Shown here: one piece after another, positions 41,661 to 51,291 of the stretch
How the letters are laid out: each line of letters begins with the position of its first letter
Numbering within the stretch: position 1 is the first letter of the stretch
NCBI GenBank assembly: GCA_020444505.1
Contig: JAHLKU010000002.1
Coordinates: 50,921 to 114,920, forward strand
Origin: Actinomycetota bacterium
Lineage (GTDB): Bacteria > Actinomycetota > Acidimicrobiia > Spongiisociales > UBA11373
Direction: 5' to 3'
DNA: 64,000 nt
The notes under the pieces: generated by a model
Database searches by the model: none
What the model was told of the DNA's origin: nothing
What the model saw: only the letters and a program-made list of their open reading frames with translations
Program-made: the position numbers and the translations under genes

Positions 41661-43550
41661 GTGGCGGTGTTCGAGACCAGGGGGGCGTGCCACGCGGCGC
41701 TCTCCACCGTGCTCGCCGCGGCCGTATCCCTCTGTGCTGCGTGCGGCGGCGCCGACGTGGGCGCCGGGACGTCGTCCACCGCAACCGCCGCGACCTCTCC
41801 CCCGGCAGGCGCCGGGTCGATCCCGGTGCCGCCCGGCGAGGCCGGCGGCCTCCCGCCGCTGGTCGAGGGCGCCGCGCCCGGGGCGGTGATCGACCTCGAG
41901 GCCGGCGAGTACCTGCTGGACGGCACACTGCGGCTCGGGAAGGCGATCACGCTGCGGGGTGCCGGGTCGGGGGACACCGTGCTGGTCGGCGGGGGGAGCG
42001 GGCCGGTGGTGACCGTCGAGGGCGGCGGGCCGGTGGTGCTCTCGGGCATGACGATCCGCAACGACACCGGGATCCGCCTGCCGGTGGTCTCGGTCATCGG
42101 CGCCACCTTCTCCCTCAGCGACGTGGTCGTCACCGGCGGCCGGTCGGCGGAGGACGGCGCCGGGGGGCGCGGCATCGAGGTGAGCGGGTCGTCGGACGGC
42201 CGGTTGGACGACACCGTGGTCACCGGGAACGACGGCGCCGCGATGATCGCGATCGACGGGGCCGCGCTGCTGCTCACCGGATGCGAACTGTCGGGCAACG
42301 GCGGCGGCGGACTGGCGCTGTTCGACACCTCGACGGCCGGCGTGTCGGCTTCCGAGATCTCCGGCAACGGCTCCATCGGGCTGCGGGTGCGGGGCTCCGC
42401 CCGCGTCGAGGTGGAGGACGCTGCCATCGAACTCGGCACGGAGACCGGGGTGGAGGTGGCCGAGGAGGCGGAGGCGACGGTGACCGCCTCGCGGGTGAGC
42501 GGGAACGGGGCGCACGGCTTCTACCTGGGCGGGGACGCCGTGCTCACCCTCGACCGCTCGGTCGTGGAGGGCAACGCCAAGCGGGGCATCCAGGCGATCG
42601 ATCGCTCGTCGGTCTCCGGCAGCGGGTCGGTGGTCCGGGAGAACGGGGGCATGGGCCTGATCCTCTTCGACTCCACTTCGGCGCGCATCGAGAACTGGGC
42701 CTTCACCGCCAACGGCTCGAACGCGATCGAGGTCAAGGACGACGCGATGCTCTCGGTGTCGGGCTCCGAGTTCACCGGCCACCGCGCCCCCGAGGAGACC
42801 GATCTGGACCACTCCGGCGTCGCCGTGGTCGCGACGGCGGGGACGTCGATCACCGGGTGCCGGTTCATCGACAACGACGACGGCATCGCGCTCGCCGTGG
42901 GCGTGTCGGCGGACGTCGAGATGGAGGGCAACACGTTCTCCGGGAACGACGAGGACGTCGACGACGACGTCGAGTTCGTGCTCCCCGAGGGCACGGAGGC
43001 CCCGCCGTCCACGACCACGACCACCACGATGGCGGCTGCGGAGGCCACCTGGTCGGACGTCGAGTTGCCGGAAGGGACCCCCTACGACGGGTACGAGATC
43101 GTGGAGGACGAGACCGGCCGCATCCTCATCGGGCTGCCCACCGCGTGGTCGGAGCACCGCAGCGGGCCGTTCTCCCAGGATGGAGGCGTGTACGGGTTCT
43201 CGCTCACGGCATCGGCGGACGTGGATGCGTTCATCAGCGGCCACGACACGCCGGGGCTGTTCATCGGCGCGGCCACCGACCTCGACATCGGCGTGGAGGA
43301 GTGGCTCGACCAGTACGACCTGTCGGACGCCTGCACCTTCGACACCCGGTCCTCCTACGACACGCAGTCGTACTCGGGCCTCATGGACCGCTGGATCGAC
43401 TGCGGCGGGACCGGGGCGGTGCTGGAGATCCTGATCGCAGAGCCCGGGGACGCCGACGGCATCGTGATCCTCCAGATGCGGTCGCTGACCCAGGCCGATC
43501 GCGTGGCACTCAGCCGGGCGCTCGTCAGCTTCGTGATCGACTACGTCTGA
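41661..43550 (+). CDS. lipoprotein with right-handed parallel beta-helix repeats (pectin-lyase fold / NosD-like)
   Basis: Lipobox LCAACGG. Repeated GNxGxG and GxxxxxxxN beta-helix turns. An acidic and Thr-rich linker precedes a C-terminal domain. Confidence 0.7.
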   Translation: MAVFETRGACHAALSTVLAAAVSLCAACGGADVGAGTSSTATAATSPPAGAGSIPVPPGEAGGLPPLVEGAAPGAVIDLEAGEYLLDGTLRLGKAITLRGAGSGDTVLVGGGSGPVVTVEGGGPVVLSGMTIRNDTGIRLPVVSVIGATFSLSDVVVTGGRSAEDGAGGRGIEVSGSSDGRLDDTVVTGNDGAAMIAIDGAALLLTGCELSGNGGGGLALFDTSTAGVSASEISGNGSIGLRVRGSARVEVEDAAIELGTETGVEVAEEAEATVTASRVSGNGAHGFYLGGDAVLTLDRSVVEGNAKRGIQAIDRSSVSGSGSVVRENGGMGLILFDSTSARIENWAFTANGSNAIEVKDDAMLSVSGSEFTGHRAPEETDLDHSGVAVVATAGTSITGCRFIDNDDGIALAVGVSADVEMEGNTFSGNDEDVDDDVEFVLPEGTEAPPSTTTTTTMAAAEATWSDVELPEGTPYDGYEIVEDETGRILIGLPTAWSEHRSGPFSQDGGVYGFSLTASADVDAFISGHDTPGLFIGAATDLDIGVEEWLDQYDLSDACTFDTRSSYDTQSYSGLMDRWIDCGGTGAVLEILIAEPGDADGIVILQMRSLTQADRVALSRALVSFVIDYV

Positions 43551-43619
43551 GCGCGCCCGGGCTGCCGGGCGGCGCTGCTGCGAGTAGCGTGCCCGTAGGT
43601 ACCGATGCAAGGGGAGGGC

Positions 43620-44522
43620 ATGGATCGCATCTACCTTCGATGGCTGATCGGCATCGGCACGGCCATCGTCGTGCTGCTGGTGGCGCTCGTGGTGGTGGTG
43701 GCCACGGGCGACGGGACGGACGAGGCCGCGGGGACCACCGAGACGACGGCGACGACCCTGCTGCCCACCACCGTGACCACCGCGCCGGGCACCACCGTGA
43801 CCACGGCGCCGCCGACGACGGTGACCACCGCGCCGCCGACGACGGTGACCACGGCGCCGCCGACCACCACCACGACGCTGCCTCCACCCCCGACCCCGTC
43901 GTGCACCGATGCGGGGCCCATCCCCGGCGGCGCGACGGACGTCAGCACGATGGCGGGCGACTACGACGGGGACGGCTCGGCCGACGAGTTCTCCGCCTAC
44001 CGGCTGGCCGGCTCCTGGTTCCTGTGGGCCCACCTGTCGGACGGCGACTACCGCCTGGTCTCCCCGCTCGATGCGGCGTGGTCGGGCACGTACTGGGACG
44101 GCACCACCCCGACCAACGTGGCGGTCCTCGACGCCAGCCTCCTCGGCGACCCCCGTGAGGTGGCGACGGTGCGCCTGTACGCCGGCCTCGGGCAGCTCTA
44201 CGGCCTGTTCGCGGTGGAGTCGTGCGGCATCGTGCCGATGACCGACGCGGCCGGGGCCATCCCGGGCCTGTACTCGGCGATGGGCCCCAGCCACTCGGAG
44301 TTCCCCGCGTGCATGGAGCCCGACTCCATCGTCCAGCAGATCGAGCTCTCCTGCCCCGGCGGCAGCGACATGGCGTCCTGCGCGGCGATCGATGCCGTCG
44401 TGACCCCCTACGTCGCCACCCGGGACCCGGCGCACCTCTACCTCGACGGCGGCGGGTCGTGGACGGTCACGATCGACCAGGCCCAGTACCAGGTGTTCCT
44501 CGGCTTCAGCTGCCTGGGGTAG
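43620..44522 (+). CDS. membrane-anchored protein with a Thr/Pro-rich tandem-repeat linker
   Basis: Start MDRIYLRWLIG after a GGGGAGGG RBS. One TM, then a TTVTTAPP x4 linker and a Cys-containing C-terminal domain. Confidence 0.65.
   Translation: MDRIYLRWLIGIGTAIVVLLVALVVVVATGDGTDEAAGTTETTATTLLPTTVTTAPGTTVTTAPPTTVTTAPPTTVTTAPPTTTTTLPPPPTPSCTDAGPIPGGATDVSTMAGDYDGDGSADEFSAYRLAGSWFLWAHLSDGDYRLVSPLDAAWSGTYWDGTTPTNVAVLDASLLGDPREVATVRLYAGLGQLYGLFAVESCGIVPMTDAAGAIPGLYSAMGPSHSEFPACMEPDSIVQQIELSCPGGSDMASCAAIDAVVTPYVATRDPAHLYLDGGGSWTVTIDQAQYQVFLGFSCLG
43767..43862 (+). repeat. 4 x 24-bp near-perfect tandem repeat inside the CDS (ACC ACC GTG ACC ACS GCG CCG SSS)
   Basis: Encodes the TTVTTAPP repeats; potential slippage-prone copy-number variation. 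Confidence 0.8.
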
Positions 44523-44569
44523 GCCGCAGGCGATTCGGCGCGGTGTGCGGCCGGGCCTAGCGTGATCCC

Positions 44570-45769
44570 GTGGATCGCGCCGACGCCGACGTCTTCAACC
44601 CTGCCCCCGCCGCGGCGCTGTCGGTGACGATCGCCCTCACCGTCATGAACATGACGCTGATCGTGCCGGTGTTGCCGGACTTCGCAGACCACTTCGGCGT
44701 CAGCCTGGCGGCGGCCGCCGCGATGGTGTCGGTGTTCGCCGGCGGGCGCCTGGTGTTCCGCTTCTGGGGGGGCATCGGCGCCGACCGCTTCGGGGCGCGC
44801 CGCGTGTCGGTCATCGCCACGGTGGTGGTCGGCGCCTGTGCCGCCTGGGCGGCGCTGCTCGACTCGTTCTGGCCGGTGCTGGGGGTGCGGCTGGTGCAGG
44901 GCATGGCGGTGGGGATGATCGGCGTCGCCACCAACCAGTACCTGCTGCGGACCACGCCCCGGCAGCACCTGGGGAGGGCGACGGCGGTGTTCCAGACCGG
45001 GATCGTGGCCGGGGCGTCGGTGGGGCCCCTGGCGGGGGGCGTCCTCGCCGACCTGGGCGGCCTGTGGGCGCCGTTCTGGGCCCAGGCCGTGCTCAGCCTC
45101 GCCCTGGTGCCGGTGATCCTGCTGGTGATGTCGGCGGGGGAGACCGAGGTGCGCACCGTGCGGTCGTCACTCCACATGGCAGGCGCCCTGCTGCGCAGGC
45201 CCGTGTTCCTGGGCGTCATGCTGCTCGGCTTCACGCTGTTCTTCCTGCGGGCCGGCGCCGCCAACGCGTTGCTGCCGGCCTACGGCGACGAGGTGGCCGG
45301 CCTGTCGCCGACGGCGATCGGCTTCGTGGTCAGCGCCGCGACGTTCACGTCGGTGCTGGCGATGATCCCGGCGGGGCGCCTGGTGGATCGCGTGGGCCGC
45401 AAGCCGGTGATGCTGACGGGGGTGGTGGCGGTCACCGCCACGGTGGCGCTGTACGGCACGGTGTCGTCGTTCTGGGGCCTGATCGGTGTCTCCTGCCTGA
45501 CCGGGCTCACGGTGGGTCTGGCGTCCGTGCCGCCGCCGACGATGATCGGCGACCTGGCTCCCCCCGGCAGCGAGGGCATCGCCGCCGGGGTGTTCCGCAT
45601 GTCGTCCGACCTGGGGTGGATCGTCGGGCCGCTCGCGCTGGGAGCGATGGCCGACGCCGGGCGGTGGGGCCTCGGCTTCGTCGTCGCCGGCGTGCCGCTG
45701 CTGGCGGCCGGCGCCCTGTTCCTGGCCGCCCCCGAGACCGGGGAGCGGGCCTCGGCCCGCGGCGGCTAG
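44570..45769 (+). CDS. MFS transporter
   Basis: 12 TM; GTG start; has the MFS loop motif GADRFGARR. Confidence 0.85.
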   Translation: MDRADADVFNPAPAAALSVTIALTVMNMTLIVPVLPDFADHFGVSLAAAAAMVSVFAGGRLVFRFWGGIGADRFGARRVSVIATVVVGACAAWAALLDSFWPVLGVRLVQGMAVGMIGVATNQYLLRTTPRQHLGRATAVFQTGIVAGASVGPLAGGVLADLGGLWAPFWAQAVLSLALVPVILLVMSAGETEVRTVRSSLHMAGALLRRPVFLGVMLLGFTLFFLRAGAANALLPAYGDEVAGLSPTAIGFVVSAATFTSVLAMIPAGRLVDRVGRKPVMLTGVVAVTATVALYGTVSSFWGLIGVSCLTGLTVGLASVPPPTMIGDLAPPGSEGIAAGVFRMSSDLGWIVGPLALGAMADAGRWGLGFVVAGVPLLAAGALFLAAPETGERASARGG

Positions 45770-46317
45770 CGCCCGAGCGCCGCCGCCACCTGTGCGGCGA
45801 TCTCGGCGGGAGTCACGTACATCGACCCGCCGTTCTCGGGAGCGCCGTAGTCACGAATCCAGGCGATCTCGCCGCCGTCCACCAGGACGAAGGTGTGCCC
45901 CGGCTCGCCGGTGGCGACCGCCCACTGCAGGACGTCGTAGGACTCGGACACGGCGTGGTCGGCGTCGGAGAGCATCGGGGTGGACTCCACCCCGTACTGC
46001 CCGGCGGCGGCGTCCTGGACCGCTACCGGGTCGAAGGCGATGCTCACGATGGGGACGCCGAGTGAGGTGTAGGTGCTGTCGTTCTCCAGATCCACGATCT
46101 GTTGGATGCAGGGCGGTCACCCGTCCGCCATGTGGAAGAAGAGCAGCACGGGCCCGTCGCCGTAGTCGGCGAGGGACACGGTGCCGCCGCCGGCGGCCGG
46201 CAGCGCGAAGCCGGGCGCCGGGTTCCCCACGGCGATCTCCGTCCCGCCGCTGCACCCGGCGAGCGAGACCCCGAGCAGCGCCGTGCCCAGCACGGCTGCG
46301 ATCCATCGTCGGCCCAT
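45766..46317 (-). CDS. thioredoxin-fold (TlpA/redoxin-like) lipoprotein with an in-frame TGA at the first Cys of the CxxC motif: candidate selenoprotein (U-P-P-C), or alternatively a nonsense pseudogene
   Basis: Track ORFs 46117..46317 (signal peptide + lipobox, ...PVLLFFHMADG) and 45766..46095 (...GHTFVLVDGGEIAWI..., redoxin-like) are in the same frame. Only TGA 46117..46119 separates them, followed directly by CCG CCC TGC. Start ATG 46317 has an AGGAGG RBS. Confidence 0.5.
46087..46101 (-). promoter_or_regulatory. SECIS-like hairpin 19-33 nt downstream of the in-frame UGA
   Basis: mRNA CAGAUC-GUG-GAUCUG: 6-bp stem with a G/U-containing apical loop about 25 nt from the UGA. This is within the bacterial SECIS spacing range. 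Confidence 0.4.
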
Positions 46318-46374
46318 GGCACCCCTCCTGCACGTCGAACCGGGATCTTGGCAGCGGCGGATCCGGACGGCGTG

Positions 46375-46743
46375 TCAGATCCCCGCGGCCTCCTGCAGCG
46401 CGCGGACGAAGGCCACCAGGTCGGCGACCTGGGCGTCGCTCACGCCGCCGATCGCAGGCATCGGGCCGAAGTCCCAGTGATGAGCGCGTACCCCGTTGCG
46501 GACCGCCAGCCAGAACGACAGGTCGGCGTGATGGCCCGGCGCGTAGATCGCGTCCACCAGCGGCGGCCCGTGGTCGGCGCCCTCGCCCGAAGCACCATGA
46601 CACCCCGCACACCTGGCTTCCCACACGACGGCACCGGCCGCCGGGTCACCTCCGGAGAGGTCGGGCGGCGCGGCGTCGGCGCCCCCGCAGGCGGCAGCCC
46701 CCAGCGCGATCACGATGGCAAGCGCGGCGCGGCGTCGGTCCAC
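46375..46743 (-). CDS. class I c-type cytochrome (lipoprotein)
   Basis: Signal peptide plus lipobox LGAAACGG; haem-binding CAGCH; a distal Met is present. Confidence 0.8.
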   Translation of the reverse strand: MDRRRAALAIVIALGAAACGGADAAPPDLSGGDPAAGAVVWEARCAGCHGASGEGADHGPPLVDAIYAPGHHADLSFWLAVRNGVRAHHWDFGPMPAIGGVSDAQVADLVAFVRALQEAAGI

Positions 46744-46813
46744 GGCACTCCCTCCTGTGCTGGCGCCACCCTAGAGGGCCGCCGCCGACGGATGGGCCCG
46801 CGCCTGCCTAGCC

Positions 46814-47530
46814 TTGGGTGCAGGAACCCGACGCCCGAGGTGTGCGGTGTGCTTCTCACCCGAAGCCGATCTGGTGGGCGGCCTGGTCGTGACCGGGGCC
46901 GGGGTCGACGCCGTCCGCCACCTCCGCCACAAGCGCGAGATCGGCATGGCGCTCCTCCCCCTCGCCTTCGGTGCCCACCAGGTGATCGAGGCCCTGGCGT
47001 GGTGGGGCCTCGGCGGGGTGGTCCCGGAGGAGGTGGGCGAGGCGGCCGCGTGGCTGTACCTGCTGATCGCCTTCCTCCTGCCGCTCGCCGTGCCGCTGGT
47101 GGTGCGCGCCGTGGAGGACGACCCGGTGCGGCGGGGGATCATGGCCGGGTTCGCTGCGCTCGGCGGCGCCGTCGCCGCCGCGCTGATCGTCCAACTCGCC
47201 GACGGGCCGCTGGTGGTGCGCGACGCCGGCCGGTACCTCGACTACGACGCCGGCCTCACCTACGGCGGAGTGATCGCCGCCCTGTACATCGCCGCGGTGT
47301 GCGTGCCGCTGCTGGCGTCCAGCATCGGCCGCATCCGCCTGTTCGGCGCCGCCAACCTGGCGGCGGTCCTGGCGCTGGCATGGCTGCTGTCGTCGGGGCT
47401 CATCTCGCTGTGGTGCGCCTGGGCGGCGGTGACGAGCATCGTGATCGCGTTGCATCTGCGGACCGCCCCGGGCGACGGGACGCCGACGGGGGTGCACGGC
47501 ACCGGCACGGAGGCAGCGGCAGGGCGGTGA
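46814..47530 (+). CDS. hypothetical integral membrane protein
   Basis: Multi-TM ORF with good GC3 bias. The start is uncertain: GTG near 46850 or ATG 46946. Confidence 0.45.
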   Translation: MGAGTRRPRCAVCFSPEADLVGGLVVTGAGVDAVRHLRHKREIGMALLPLAFGAHQVIEALAWWGLGGVVPEEVGEAAAWLYLLIAFLLPLAVPLVVRAVEDDPVRRGIMAGFAALGGAVAAALIVQLADGPLVVRDAGRYLDYDAGLTYGGVIAALYIAAVCVPLLASSIGRIRLFGAANLAAVLALAWLLSSGLISLWCAWAAVTSIVIALHLRTAPGDGTPTGVHGTGTEAAAGR

Positions 47531-47589
47531 GCGCCGCGGTCGCGATCCCCGGGGGAGGGGGCGGTCGGGGCGACTGCTAGCTTCTCAGC

Positions 47590-48354
47590 ATGGATGCAGC
47601 CCGTCCCCGGGCCGTCGACCTTCCGCCGACGGAGCACCAGTCGCAGGAGACGGCTCCGGCACCGAGGGTCGGCTTCGTGCGCCACGTCGCCGTGGTCGAA
47701 CCCGACGCCGCCGTCCGCCAGGTGATCATCGGCGCCCTCAAGAGCGACGGGTGCGAGGTCACCGGGGTCTGCGACGGCGAGTCCCTGCTGGCCCTGGTGG
47801 CCCACCACCGGCCGGACCTGGTGGTGACCAACCTCGACCTGCCGTCCATCAGCGGCCTGGAACTGGTCCGGCGGCTGTTCTCTCGGGGCCGCCTGCCCAC
47901 CATCGTCGTCACCGACCGGGACTCGGAGACCGACCTGGTGGTGACGCTCGAGATGGGCGCCGACGACTACATCACCAAGCCGTTCTCGGAGCGCGAGTTG
48001 CTGGCGCGGGTGCACGCCGTCCTCCGGCGCAGCGAGCACTGCGTGGAGTGCGAGTCGCTCCGCTTCGACGGGTTGACCGTCGAGTTGGGGAGCCGGGAGG
48101 TGATGGTCGGCGACGAGCACGTGGACCTGACCGCGCTGGAGTTCGACCTGCTGGCCTTCCTGGCGTCGTCGCCGCGGCAGGTGTTCTCCCGGGAGACGCT
48201 GCTGGACCGGGTGTGGGGGTCGTCGAGCGAGTGGCAGACGACCAGCACGGTCAGCGAGCACATCCACCGCCTGCGCCGCAAGATCGAAGAGGACCCGTCC
48301 CATCCCCGCTGGATCCAGACGTTGCGCGGCGTGGGGTACCGCTTCGTCCCCTGA
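47590..48354 (+). CDS. OmpR-family response regulator (orphan)
   Basis: Receiver domain plus winged helix (LTALEFDLLAFLASSPRQVFSRETLLDRVWG...RLRRKIE). There is no adjacent kinase gene. Confidence 0.85.
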   Translation: MDAARPRAVDLPPTEHQSQETAPAPRVGFVRHVAVVEPDAAVRQVIIGALKSDGCEVTGVCDGESLLALVAHHRPDLVVTNLDLPSISGLELVRRLFSRGRLPTIVVTDRDSETDLVVTLEMGADDYITKPFSERELLARVHAVLRRSEHCVECESLRFDGLTVELGSREVMVGDEHVDLTALEFDLLAFLASSPRQVFSRETLLDRVWGSSSEWQTTSTVSEHIHRLRRKIEEDPSHPRWIQTLRGVGYRFVP

Positions 48355-48415
48355 TCCGGAGGCGCCCCGTCCCCGGAGCCAGTTGATGGACTGTTGATGG
48401 GCGCCCAATGGGGGC

Positions 48416-48736
48416 GTGATGGCGCTCCGGTACAACTTCCCCATGAGCAACACCAACGGATCGTCAACCCGGACGACGGCCGGGGCCCCGGAGGAGACCC
48501 GGGATCGGGTGTCGAACGGCATCTGCGATGCAGGGGTCGGCGTGCTCGCGCTCGGCGTGTGCCTGCATGCCCTGGCCGCGGCTGCAGCTCTCGCCGTCGC
48601 CGTCGGCATGGCCGTCCTCGGCGTCACCGGCGGCTCCGTGGTTTGGGCCGCGGGGGTCGGCGCCGTGCTCGCGGCGGGGATCTGCGGATGGATCGCGGGC
48701 TGCCGCCGGCGGGCGCAGGGAGCCGGGCAGTCGTGA
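48416..48736 (+). CDS. small hypothetical membrane protein
   Basis: ORF with 2 predicted TM segments; start ambiguous. Confidence 0.3.
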   Translation: MMALRYNFPMSNTNGSSTRTTAGAPEETRDRVSNGICDAGVGVLALGVCLHALAAAAALAVAVGMAVLGVTGGSVVWAAGVGAVLAAGICGWIAGCRRRAQGAGQS

Positions 48737-48773
48737 CCCGGGCCGCCCCCGGGCAGGCCGGAGGGAGGCGGCC

Positions 48774-49250
48774 GTGACGCCTCGCGGATCGGCTCCGTTC
48801 CGGGCGTTCACCACGCTCGAGCAGGAGATCCACGAGCTGATCGACCGCATGGGCGGCAGGGCGTGGTCGGAGGGCCTGGGGTGGCGGCCCGACACCGACA
48901 TCTACCGGGACGGGGCGACGCTGGTGGTCGAGGCCGAACTGCCCGGCATCGATGCGGACCGCGACCTGCGCGTGACGGTGGACGGCTGCGTGCTGTCGAT
49001 CACCGGCATCTCCAGGCAGCGGCCGGACGGGTCCGAGTCGGACCGCCTGATCACGGAGCGCAGGTTCGGCCCCTTCCACCGCGAGGTGATGCTCCCCGAC
49101 GGATGCTGCCCGGCGGGCATCGACGCCGCCTTCGGCAACGGCCTCCTCACCGTGCGGGTGGCCTGCCCCGAGGAACCGGCGGCCGACGCCGCGCCCAGCC
49201 CGATCCGGGTGATGGTCCGCGGCCGCTCCGCCGGCAACGGCGACGGGTAG
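48774..49250 (+). CDS. Hsp20/alpha-crystallin family small heat-shock protein
   Basis: GTG start after a GGAGGGAGG RBS. The ACD pattern is WRPDTDIYRDGATLVVEAELPGI...GLLTVRV. Confidence 0.8.
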   Translation: MTPRGSAPFRAFTTLEQEIHELIDRMGGRAWSEGLGWRPDTDIYRDGATLVVEAELPGIDADRDLRVTVDGCVLSITGISRQRPDGSESDRLITERRFGPFHREVMLPDGCCPAGIDAAFGNGLLTVRVACPEEPAADAAPSPIRVMVRGRSAGNGDG

Positions 49251-49327
49251 CGCGGCCGGTCACGCCCGCCGGCACCCCGGGGGCACGGCGCATCGCCGGC
49301 GGGACGGGGCCCGGGGCGGCGTCCCGC

Positions 49328-50562
49328 TCAGTCCCGGCACTCGGTGGCCATCTCCCTGATCGCCGAGGCGTCGGTGGGGGCGGAGGCGCCGAAGTAGAAG
49401 CACAACTCGCCGTTCGAGTCCGTGAAGCGGTAGTAGTGCTCGTCGTCGTTGCTGCCCGACTTCACCTTGCTGCCGTAGGCCGCCTTCAACTCGGAGAGCG
49501 TGTCGCCCACCGTGATGCCTTCGGCGGTCGTCACGTAGTGGTCGGGCCGCGCCTCGCCGGAGGCGTCGTCGGACGGGCCTTCGAAGCGGATGCGCGCCAG
49601 GCGCTCCGGCTGGGCGGGGTAGTCGGTGCTCGGCCCGTAGAACAGGAAGGCCATGCCTTCGATGAACACGCCGCGCAAGCCGATGGCGCCGGGCTGCTCG
49701 GTCCAACCGGTGTCGAACTCGGCGTAGGCGCCCCGCACGCCGTGGCCGAGGATGTCGACCACCTCGTCGATGACGGTCTGGGCGTCGTCGCCGATCTCCA
49801 GCGTCGTGCTCCCGTACGTGAGGCGGTCGGTTCCCATGATCCAGGCACCGGTGGGCAGGATCGTGTCGGAGATCGTCACCTCCAGTTCGAAGAGGGTCTC
49901 CTCCTCCGCCTCCACCTGCAGCAGGTGCGTGCCGCCCACCTCGATCACCCACAGGGTCGGCGTCAGCTCGTCGGGAGGCTCCACCTCGAAGCCTTCGGCG
50001 GTCCGCAGGGTCACGGTGATCCCCTCGGCGGGTGTGGCGTCGACGGCCACGCTGGTGCCGGCCTGGAGCGAGATCTCGTACACCTCGGGGTCGTCGGGGG
50101 CGGCGCTGCCCACCACGGTCGTCTCGTCGGCGACGTCGAGTGCCCGGCGGAGGGAGCAGGCGCGAGACAGGACCGAGAACATGATGTCGCCGACCACGCC
50201 GTCCTGCACGAATCCGAGCGCCTCCTGGGCGGCCTCCACGGCCGCCAGCGTCGCCGGGCCGAACGACCCGTCCACGGTGAGGTCGCCGAACCCGCCGCAG
50301 TTCAGCAGGTGCTGGACCGCCGCCACCGTCTCGCCCTTGTCACCGTCCTCGGCGAGGGCGTCGCCGCCGGGGATGGTGGTGGTGGTCGTCGAGGTGGTCG
50401 TCGTGCCGGGGACGGTGGTGGTCGTGGTGGAGGCCGCGGTGGTGGTCACGGCGGGCTGGGTGGAGGTGGTGGTGGACTCGAGCGTGCCGCCGCCGCCGCA
50501 GGCCGCCAGCGCGAGTGCCAACGCCACGAGCATCGGGCCGGTCCGGACGGGGGTCGGTCGCA
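49328..50562 (-). CDS. lipoprotein with a peptidoglycan-binding (PG_binding_1) domain and a Thr-rich linker
   Basis: Start MRPTPVRTGPMLVALALALAACGG after an AGGTGGATC RBS. The PGBD is VAAVQHLLNCGGFGDLTVDGSFGPATLAAVEAAQ. Confidence 0.75.
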
Positions 50563-50634
50563 TGATCCACCTGCCTTGGCGTCGTGTCCGCGCAGACACC
50601 AGCCTACGGATCGCTGATCCCGGCGGCCCGGGCG

Positions 50635-51225
50635 TCACCAGTTGGCGCTGGCGATCATCCAGAACAGGTTGCCGAGGAACCCGACCACCTGGAGCAGGAC
50701 GATGAAGCCCGACAGCGGGGCGTGCTCCTGGACGGCCTTGCGGTCGGCCCGGCCCCGCTTCCACCGGCCGGCCCCCTCCTCGTGCACCGCGGCCCGGCGG
50801 GCGAGGCCCCGGGCGTGGCTGTCGAGCACGGCCGACAGCACCACCGCGGCGATGCCCCCGACGGCGGCGCCGACGTTCTGCCAGTGGGCGGCCACCCACC
50901 ACAGCGCCAGCGACCCGCCGGCGAACAGCGCTGCGAAGATCTCCCAGACCACGATGGAGCCGAGCGCCCTGTCGTCGATCGGCCGGCGCCCGGCGGGGGT
51001 GGTGTGCGGCGCTGCAGCGTGCGGCGGGCGGGCCCCGGCCGGGGGAGGCGGGATCGCCCCGGTGGGGGGCTGGGCGGCCCCGGTCGGCGGCGGCACCGAT
51101 CCCGGTGGAGGGCCTGCGGCCGGCGGCGCACCCCCGGCGGAGGCGATCGGGTAGGCGCAATCCGGGCACGCCGGGGCGCGGTCGGACACGTTGCGCCCGC
51201 ATTCGGGGCAGTTGATGATGGCCAC
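50635..51225 (-). CDS. zinc-ribbon (CPxCG) membrane protein with a Pro/Ala-rich linker
   Basis: MAIINCPECGRNVSDRAPACPDC, followed by a PA-rich linker and then 3 TM. Confidence 0.6.
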   Translation of the reverse strand: MAIINCPECGRNVSDRAPACPDCAYPIASAGGAPPAAGPPPGSVPPPTGAAQPPTGAIPPPPAGARPPHAAAPHTTPAGRRPIDDRALGSIVVWEIFAALFAGGSLALWWVAAHWQNVGAAVGGIAAVVLSAVLDSHARGLARRAAVHEEGAGRWKRGRADRKAVQEHAPLSGFIVLLQVVGFLGNLFWMIASANW

Positions 51226-51291
51226 GGTGGGTCCCCCTCCCTCTCTGCGAGCGACCCTAGTGGAAGGGCCCGGCCGGCCGCAGGCCCCCGG

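Noticed and set aside
47590-48354. OmpR regulator as part of a two-component operon
   Set aside because: No histidine kinase is adjacent. The flanking genes are a membrane protein and Hsp20. I called it an orphan regulator only.
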